Origin: Acidobacteriota bacterium
GTDB lineage: Bacteria; Acidobacteriota; Vicinamibacteria; Vicinamibacterales; SCN-69-37
Length of the DNA: 64,000 nucleotides
Direction of reading: 5' to 3'
Assembly: GCA_044507065.1 (NCBI GenBank)
Contig: JBIQJY010000002.1
Location: 33,482-97,481, forward strand
How positions within the stretch are numbered: the stretch's first letter is position 1; each line of letters opens with the position of its first letter. The notes beneath the pieces were generated by a model. The model saw only the letters and a program-made list of their open reading frames with translations, had not been told where the DNA came from and ran no database searches. The position numbers were made by a program, and so were the translations under genes. This document shows positions 58,183 to 64,000 of the stretch, piece after piece.

Positions 58183-59343
58183 TCAGTAGAGCAGGAACTG
58201 CTGGCGGATTTCGTCGAACGACTCGATGGCCGGGACCCACGCTTCGGCGATGGCCTGCGCCGTGTCGCCACGGCCGAGCCGTTCGCGCATCTCGGACGAG
58301 CCGTACAGGATATCGATTGGCGCGAGACGGTGTTCGTACTCGTACGGCGGATCGCGCCACGCAAAGGCCGTCGGCCCCATGCCGAGGAACGCCTCGAGCA
58401 GCGCCACGCCGGTCTCGACGGACCGGAACGTGCGCCGGTCCGTCACGTGAATCTGGCACCCGCCGCACGGTGTGCCCACGTGCTTGTGAAAGGTCGGTTC
58501 GAACAGCGCCGGACGGAAGAAGACGCCCGGCAGGGCGAGCCCGTTCATCCTCGAGGCAAACGCTTCGGGATCCACCCACGGCGCACCCACCAGCTCGAAC
58601 GGCTTTGTCGTGCCCCGACCCTCCGAGACGTTCGTGCCCTCGAACAGCACGGTGCCGGGATAGACGATAGCGGTGTCGAGCGTGGGGATGTTGGGCGAGG
58701 GCAGCACCCATGGCAGGTCGGTCTCGTCGTAGTAGGCCTCGCGCGACCAGGCGGGCATCTCCACGACCTCGAGTTTCGCGCCGATCCCGAAGTGTTCGTT
58801 GAACAGCCGCGCCAGCTCGCCAATCGTCATGCCGTGGCGCATGGGGATCGGATACTGCCCGACGAACGACTCGAAGCCTGCCTCGAGCATCGGCCCTTCG
58901 ACGGCGTGGCCGCCAATCGGATTCGGGCGGTCGCAGACAACGACCGGCAGGTCGTGCCGGCGCGCGGCCCGAAGGCAGTTGGCCATCGTGTAGATGTAGG
59001 TGTAGATGCGCGTGCCGACGTCCTGCAGGTCGATGACGAGCGCGTCGAGGCCGTCGAGCATCTCGGTGGTCGGCTCGCGCGTGTCGCTGTAAAGCGAATA
59101 GATGGGAACCTGACGCCGGCGATCTTCGGCGTGCGCCGACTCGATCATGTTCTCCTGCAGATCCGATCGGAATCCGTGCTGTGGACCGAAGATCGCGCCG
59201 ACGCGGACGCCGGAGGATTCCGCGCGTTCGACGACGTGCTGAAAGTCCGCATTGATCGAGGCCGGATTGCAGACAACGCCGACCGTGCGGCCGGTGAGCA
59301 GCCTGCGATCGAAGAGGACGTCGGAGCCGAGCGTGAAGGGCAC
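58183..59343 (-). CDS. DUF1343-family protein (NamZ-like exo-beta-N-acetylmuramidase)
   Basis: GRTVGVVCNPASI, LFGPQHGFR, PVYSLY and VVCDRPNPIGG motifs. Start proposed at GTG 59343 (VPFTLGSDVLF). The longer ORF to 59484 would overlap ligD by 94 nt. Confidence 0.8.
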   Translation of the reverse strand: MPFTLGSDVLFDRRLLTGRTVGVVCNPASINADFQHVVERAESSGVRVGAIFGPQHGFRSDLQENMIESAHAEDRRRQVPIYSLYSDTREPTTEMLDGLDALVIDLQDVGTRIYTYIYTMANCLRAARRHDLPVVVCDRPNPIGGHAVEGPMLEAGFESFVGQYPIPMRHGMTIGELARLFNEHFGIGAKLEVVEMPAWSREAYYDETDLPWVLPSPNIPTLDTAIVYPGTVLFEGTNVSEGRGTTKPFELVGAPWVDPEAFASRMNGLALPGVFFRPALFEPTFHKHVGTPCGGCQIHVTDRRTFRSVETGVALLEAFLGMGPTAFAWRDPPYEYEHRLAPIDILYGSSEMRERLGRGDTAQAIAEAWVPAIESFDEIRQQFLLY

Positions 59344-59390
59344 GGTCGATATGATACCGGGAAGGCGATGGGCGGCAGACGCCCGATCGG

Positions 59391-61499
59391 CTATCGGCGA
59401 CGGGTCTGGCGCTTCGTCGCGGCAGGTGCCTGGCTGGTCAGCTCCGCGAGGTCGACGGCCGGACCCGTCAGGAAGCGCGACCACAGGTCGCCCACCCGCT
59501 CGAATCGTTCAGGCGCCGTGCGGATGGTGAAGGCCCGCGGATCCAGCCCGCTCGCCACTTCCTTCCAGTGCAGCGGCGTCGACACGCCCGCATAGTCGCT
59601 CGCGCGCGCCGAGTAGGCCGTTGCCAGCGTCTTGCCCAGGATGTTCTGCAGGAAGTCGACATACACCGTCTTGCGCGGCCGCTTCTTCACCATGCGTTCG
59701 ACGGTGGCCTGACGCGGGTGCTTCGTCGCGACCGCCGTCGCAATCAATCGGCAGAGCAGCTGGCCGGTGTCGTACGTCGTGTCGGGCGGCAGCCGGATGT
59801 AGATGTGCAGTCCCGTGGACCCCGATGTCTTCGGGCAGGCGGGAATTCCGTGCGCGTCCAGCTCGTCCTTGACCCACCGCGCCACGTCCACCACCTGATC
59901 GAACGTGACGGCATCGTCGGGATCGAGATCGATGGCCGCGAAGTCGGCGTGGATCGGATCGGTTACGCGTGAGAACCACGGATCCTGCGAGATGGCCGCC
60001 AGTTGCGTCATGTAGAGCAGGGTGGTGAGCGAGCCGCCGATGAGTCGTTCGCGCGGGCCGTCCTCGTCCGGTGCATCGATCTCGGGTGGCAGCACCTCGC
60101 GGCGCACGCCCGGCGGCGGCGTTTCCGGGTGCTTCTGCTGGTAGAACGCCGGCTTGCCGACCCCGTGCGGGAACCGGCGCATCACGAGCGGCCGATCCTC
60201 GACGGCCGGCAGCACGAACGGGGCGACGCGCGCGTAGTAGCGCAGCAGGTCGCCCTTGGTCAGCCCGAGCGCGGGCCAGTAGGGCTTCGACAGATTGGTG
60301 ACGCGCAGCGAGTCGCCGTTCGGAAGCGCCAGATCACCGTCCCGGCGCGCGTCCTCGAGTTCGCGCAGTTGCTCGACGACCGCATCGGGGCTGTCGGCGC
60401 CGGGCTGCCGTTTGGACGGCGCCGCGCGGCGCCGCGCTCGGAACATGCCGGACGGCGGCACCGCGGGAGGCGTCGGCGGGACCACGGCCGGGTCGCGGAC
60501 TACTTCGCGGGGCGGTTTGTCATCGCGCAGGCCGAGAAAGACGGGCTGGCGCAGCAGGCCATCGCTCGTCCACTCGATGAACCTGACCTGCACCACCAGA
60601 TCGGGTGTCACCCAGTGCGGCGGTGCCATGGGTTTGACAGGCCCGGCAAACGGGCTGGTGCGACGCTCGCGTTTCCTGAGCAGGGCCGCGATCCGATCGA
60701 GGTCCTGTCCGGTGAAACCCGTGCCCACGTGCCCGGCCCAGATGAGTTTCGGCCCGTCGTAGTAGCCCAGCAGCAGCGAGCCGAAGTGCTGCCGTGACTG
60801 CCGCGGCTCGGTCCAGCCGCCCACGACGAACTCCTGCTCGGCCAGCAGCTTGAGCTTGCGCCACGCGGGCGTGCGGCGACCGGAATGGTACGGCGCGTTG
60901 CCGTCCTTGACGATCAGTCCCTCCCAGCCCTCGGCACGGGCCCGCGCCAGCATGTCGGTGCCGTCGTCAATCGCGATGTCGCTCAGCCGGACGACGCCCG
61001 CTCGTCGTGCCGCGGCGCCAAGAGCCTTCTGGAGCTTCAGCCGTCGCGCGGCAAACGGCAGGCCGCGCAGGTCTTCGTCGCCGTCGCGCAGCAGGTCGAA
61101 GGCGATGAACACCGCGGGCTGCGCCTTGCCGGCTCGCGCGATGTCCGCGTCGGCGCGCAGGTGGATGCGGCCCTGGATGTGCTGGAAGCCGAGCGGGTGG
61201 CCCGCCTCGTCAATCGCCACGACCTCGCCGTCGATGATGAGCGGGCGCTTCGCCTTCCGGCCGATGGCTTCCAGGGCGGCCGTCACTTCCGGGAACTGGG
61301 CGCTCTTGTCGAGACCGTTCCGGGAATAGAGCGAGGCCGAGGCGGACGCCTTCGGACCCGGCTCGACAATGGCCAGCGCGCGGACGCCGTCGTATTTCGG
61401 TTCGTAGACGAGCCCGGCGCCCGTGATGGGCGGATGGTCGAGCGAGGCGAGCATCGGCCGTACCTTTGCGGGATCGTCGCGCCAGCGCCCCATGCCCAC
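59391..61499 (-). CDS. ligD: ATP-dependent DNA ligase D (ligase plus AEP polymerase/primase domains, no phosphoesterase domain)
   Basis: 702 aa. N-terminal ligase with the adenylation motif EPKYDGVRAL, DGEVV, EGLIVK, and an OB domain. C-terminal LigD-Pol domain (LTKGDLLRYYARVAPFVLP...FYQQKHP...AIDLDP...KTSGSTGLHIY...VYVDFLQN). Confidence 0.93.
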   Translation of the reverse strand: MGMGRWRDDPAKVRPMLASLDHPPITGAGLVYEPKYDGVRALAIVEPGPKASASASLYSRNGLDKSAQFPEVTAALEAIGRKAKRPLIIDGEVVAIDEAGHPLGFQHIQGRIHLRADADIARAGKAQPAVFIAFDLLRDGDEDLRGLPFAARRLKLQKALGAAARRAGVVRLSDIAIDDGTDMLARARAEGWEGLIVKDGNAPYHSGRRTPAWRKLKLLAEQEFVVGGWTEPRQSRQHFGSLLLGYYDGPKLIWAGHVGTGFTGQDLDRIAALLRKRERRTSPFAGPVKPMAPPHWVTPDLVVQVRFIEWTSDGLLRQPVFLGLRDDKPPREVVRDPAVVPPTPPAVPPSGMFRARRRAAPSKRQPGADSPDAVVEQLRELEDARRDGDLALPNGDSLRVTNLSKPYWPALGLTKGDLLRYYARVAPFVLPAVEDRPLVMRRFPHGVGKPAFYQQKHPETPPPGVRREVLPPEIDAPDEDGPRERLIGGSLTTLLYMTQLAAISQDPWFSRVTDPIHADFAAIDLDPDDAVTFDQVVDVARWVKDELDAHGIPACPKTSGSTGLHIYIRLPPDTTYDTGQLLCRLIATAVATKHPRQATVERMVKKRPRKTVYVDFLQNILGKTLATAYSARASDYAGVSTPLHWKEVASGLDPRAFTIRTAPERFERVGDLWSRFLTGPAVDLAELTSQAPAATKRQTRRR

Positions 61500-61563
61500 A
61501 GCCTAATACGACAGGCGCCCTCGCCGTACAAACCGGCCGGCCCTGCGGATACTCTTGTACGCC

Positions 61564-62778
61564 ATGCTCGAGATCGATCGCGCCATCGCCCGGCTGCTGC
61601 CGGACATCGTGGCCATCCGCCAGCATCTGCACCAGCATCCCGAGTTGTCGAACCGCGAGTTCCAGACGGCCGCGCTCGTCGCCAGGCACCTGCGCGAGGC
61701 CGGGCTCGAGGTCACCGAACGCATCGCGCACACCGGTGTGCTGGGCGTGCTCCGTGGCGGTCGACCGGGCCCGGTGGTTGCCGTGCGGGCCGACATGGAT
61801 GCACTGCCGATCACCGAAGAGACGCTCTATCCGTTCCGATCGACGGTGCGCGCGGTCGTCGACGGCCAGGATGTCGGCGTGATGCACGCGTGCGGTCACG
61901 ACATGCACACCGCCATTGCCCTGGGGGTGGCCTCGGTGCTCGCGGGTCGACGCGCCTCGATTCCAGGCACCGTGCTGTTCGTCTTCCAGCCGGCCGAAGA
62001 AGGACCGCCGCCCGGCGAGGAAGGCGGCGCGGCGTTGATGCTGAAGGACGGCGTCTTCGCCCCGCTTCGGCCGTCGGCCATCTTCGGGCTCCACACCGAC
62101 GGCGAGATGGAAGTCGGCGCCGTCGGCTACACGTCCGGGGCGACCAACGCCTCGAGCGACAACTTCCACATCACGCTCACCGGTCGATCGGCGCACGCCG
62201 CCTGGCCGCACATCGGCATCGATCCCATCGTCATGGGCGCCCAGGCGGTGCTGGCCCTGCAGACGATTCGGGCGCGCAACCTGTCGCCGTACGACGCCAG
62301 CGTCGTCTCGGTGACGCAGTTTCACGGCGGCGTCCGCAACAACATCAGTCCGGACGCCGTCGTGCTCGAGGGGACCGTGCGGCTTTTCGACGAAGCGCAG
62401 CGCGACCACGTCGAGCAGCGGTTTCACGAGATTCTCGACGGCGTGGCCCGGATGTCCGGTGGGACGTACGCGCTCGACTACATCCGGAAGAACCCGGTGA
62501 ACGTGAACGACCCGGCACTGCTCGAACGGATGCTGCCGTCCATCCGTGCCGCGGCCGGTCCGGACCGCGTCGTGCCGAGGCTCCCCTGGATGGCCGCCGA
62601 GGATTTCGCCTGGTTTGCCCGGGAGATACCGGCGCTGTTCCTGCACCTGGGCACCGTGGCGCCTGGCACGACCTCGGGCAACAACCACACGCCCACCTTC
62701 ATGGCCGACGACTCGGCCATCCCGGTCGGCATGCGCCTGATGTGCCGGATGGTGCTCGATTACCTCGACATGGGGTGA
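61564..62778 (+). CDS. M20-family amidohydrolase (N-acyl-amino-acid/hippurate hydrolase type)
   Basis: IRQHLHQHPELSNRE, RADMDALPI, HACGHDMH and FQPAEEG motifs. ATG at 61564 is preferred over TTG at 61555. Confidence 0.9.
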   Translation: MLEIDRAIARLLPDIVAIRQHLHQHPELSNREFQTAALVARHLREAGLEVTERIAHTGVLGVLRGGRPGPVVAVRADMDALPITEETLYPFRSTVRAVVDGQDVGVMHACGHDMHTAIALGVASVLAGRRASIPGTVLFVFQPAEEGPPPGEEGGAALMLKDGVFAPLRPSAIFGLHTDGEMEVGAVGYTSGATNASSDNFHITLTGRSAHAAWPHIGIDPIVMGAQAVLALQTIRARNLSPYDASVVSVTQFHGGVRNNISPDAVVLEGTVRLFDEAQRDHVEQRFHEILDGVARMSGGTYALDYIRKNPVNVNDPALLERMLPSIRAAAGPDRVVPRLPWMAAEDFAWFAREIPALFLHLGTVAPGTTSGNNHTPTFMADDSAIPVGMRLMCRMVLDYLDMG

Positions 62779-62868
62779 TCCCGGGCGGTGTCGGAATGGG
62801 CGGTCACTGCCGATACACTGGAACGCGGCCGGTCTGGTTCCCCGCCGCGCCGGAAACCGAGGACACTC

Positions 62869-63729
62869 ATGGCCGCGCGCCCCACCTGGAAGGGCTATCT
62901 CAAGATCAGCCTCGTCAACATCCCCGTGCGGGTGTTTCCCGCCACCGACGCGGCCGCCACCATCAGCTTCAACCAGCTGCACCGCGAGTGCGGCAGCCGC
63001 ATCCAGCAGAAGAAGTGGTGCCCGCAGTGCCAGGTCGAGGTCGCGCAGAGCGATCTCGTCAAGGGCTACGAGTTCGAAAAGGGGCGCTACGTCACGCTCG
63101 ACGAGGAAGACATCGCGAAGGTGCGGCCGGCCTCGACGCGCGTGATCAACGTCGTGCAGTTTGCCGACGCCTCGACGATCGATCCCGTCTATATCGAACG
63201 CCCGTACTACCTGGCGCCTGACGGCAACGTTGCCGCCGAGGCGTTCGCCGTCGTGCGCGAGGGCATGACGGGACGTGCGGCGATTGGCAAGCTGGCCCTT
63301 TACGGCCGCGAATACCTTGTCGCCATCCAGCCCCGCGAGAAGGGACTCGTCATGTTCACGCTGCGACACGCGTCGGAAGTGCGTGCGATGTCGGCCATCG
63401 ACGAGCTGAACCTGGTGCCGGCGAGCATCAAGGCCGATGAGGTGAAGCTCGCGCGCCAGGTCATCGGGAGCTTCGAGAGCGAAGGAGACCTGTCACAGTA
63501 TCGCGACGACTACCAGGCGGAGCTCCGGCGCATCATCGATGCGAAGATTGCCGGCGAGGAGGTGGTGCAGACCGCCGATGAGGCGCCGCCGAAAGTCGTC
63601 AACCTCATGGATGCGCTTCGCGAAAGCCTCGAGCGCGTCTCGGCCGACAAGAAGCGCGCGGCGAAGATTGCCAGGCCCGCCGCCGTGCGCGAGTCGCGCA
63701 CGCCCGCCCGCAAACGCGCCCGCGGTTGA
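62869..63729 (+). CDS. ku: Ku protein (NHEJ DNA-end-binding)
   Basis: Start at MAARPTWKGYLKISLVNIPVRVFPAT (62869). YYLAPDG and ALYGREYLVAIQP motifs, and a basic Lys/Arg C-terminal tail. Confidence 0.95.
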   Translation: MAARPTWKGYLKISLVNIPVRVFPATDAAATISFNQLHRECGSRIQQKKWCPQCQVEVAQSDLVKGYEFEKGRYVTLDEEDIAKVRPASTRVINVVQFADASTIDPVYIERPYYLAPDGNVAAEAFAVVREGMTGRAAIGKLALYGREYLVAIQPREKGLVMFTLRHASEVRAMSAIDELNLVPASIKADEVKLARQVIGSFESEGDLSQYRDDYQAELRRIIDAKIAGEEVVQTADEAPPKVVNLMDALRESLERVSADKKRAAKIARPAAVRESRTPARKRARG

Positions 63730-63769
63730 GACGCGCGCCGCGCGCGCCGAATTCGGTGAGCGCGTCCGG

Positions 63770-64000
63770 CTACTGACTGCCGTCGGCTGGCGGGAACGCC
63801 CCGTCCTGCAGCGGGAACGCGGCCTCGGGAGGCGTCTCGACGACCGGATCGGGCGGCGGCATCGGAACGAACCGGCGGATCGGGTGCAGCGCCTGCAGTT
63901 CTTCGCGCGTGGTGGGCGGAATGACGGCCGGGGGCGCACCGCGATCGAGCGCCGGGCCGGGCGGTGGCGGCGGAATCGCAGCACCCGCCGCACGCACGTC
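63770..64000 (-). CDS. 3' end of a Pro-rich hypothetical protein (truncated by the window edge)
   Basis: An open frame runs to the window end, with stop at 63770. The Pro-rich C-terminal sequence carries no motif. Weak call. Confidence 0.3.
   Translation of the reverse strand, partial: DVRAAGAAIPPPPPGPALDRGAPPAVIPPTTREELQALHPIRRFVPMPPPDPVVETPPEAAFPLQDGAFPPADGSQ

Noticed and set aside
62950-63040. His/Cys cluster in Ku (HRECGSRIQQKKWCPQC) that looks like an inserted zinc-binding site.
   Set aside because: Cys pairs at this position occur in many bacterial Ku proteins as far as I recall. Not distinctive enough to flag without an alignment.

Overview
By eye this is a very GC-rich (~68-70%) chromosomal segment that is densely coding. 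Most genes are housekeeping genes in long co-directional arrays with 1-20 nt overlaps. A decayed PadR/ADOP-type (MacB/FtsX-like) permease locus and CarboxypepD_reg-type TonB-dependent receptor point to an Acidobacteriota-like organism, though that is inference only. Main recognisable content:
- Energy and transport: H+-pyrophosphatase, then tonB-exbB-exbD-exbD.
- Stress response and translation: RelA/SpoT, RidA, L28, a DksA/TraR-type zinc-finger gene, Lon.
- ileS-lspA-lgt-rluD-nudix array.
- An 8-gene minus-strand array: pgi-methyltransferase-thiD-moaE-moaD-prfA-prmC-HIT.
- erpA, followed by a tightly coupled operon: Fur/diiron fusion - PHP - degenerate ABC ATPase - HAD.
- csp, tRNA-Ala(GGC), a FUSC-family membrane protein, qor.
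- addB/addA, apbC, and an M16 peptidase pair.
- A hydrolase cluster beside a TonB-dependent receptor.
- dsbA-like gene, pyk, and a ligD ... ku NHEJ locus.

I saw no rRNA, CRISPR array, transposase, integrase or known defence system. The best candidates for undescribed biology are:
1. A Fur-family regulator fused to a rubrerythrin-like diiron domain. It is translationally coupled to a PHP phosphoesterase and to an ABC-fold protein with every catalytic motif degenerate.
2. An exact sigma-54 promoter in front of the DksA/TraR gene.
3. A MoaD whose Gly-Gly terminus is masked by a 5-residue extension overlapping the prfA start.
4. Recurrent -10 boxes 6-7 nt from start codons, suggesting leaderless mRNAs.
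5. A decayed locus next to tRNA-Ala.
6. Several small orphan gene clusters.

All calls come from reading the ORF translations and the DNA by eye. No searches or computations were run.
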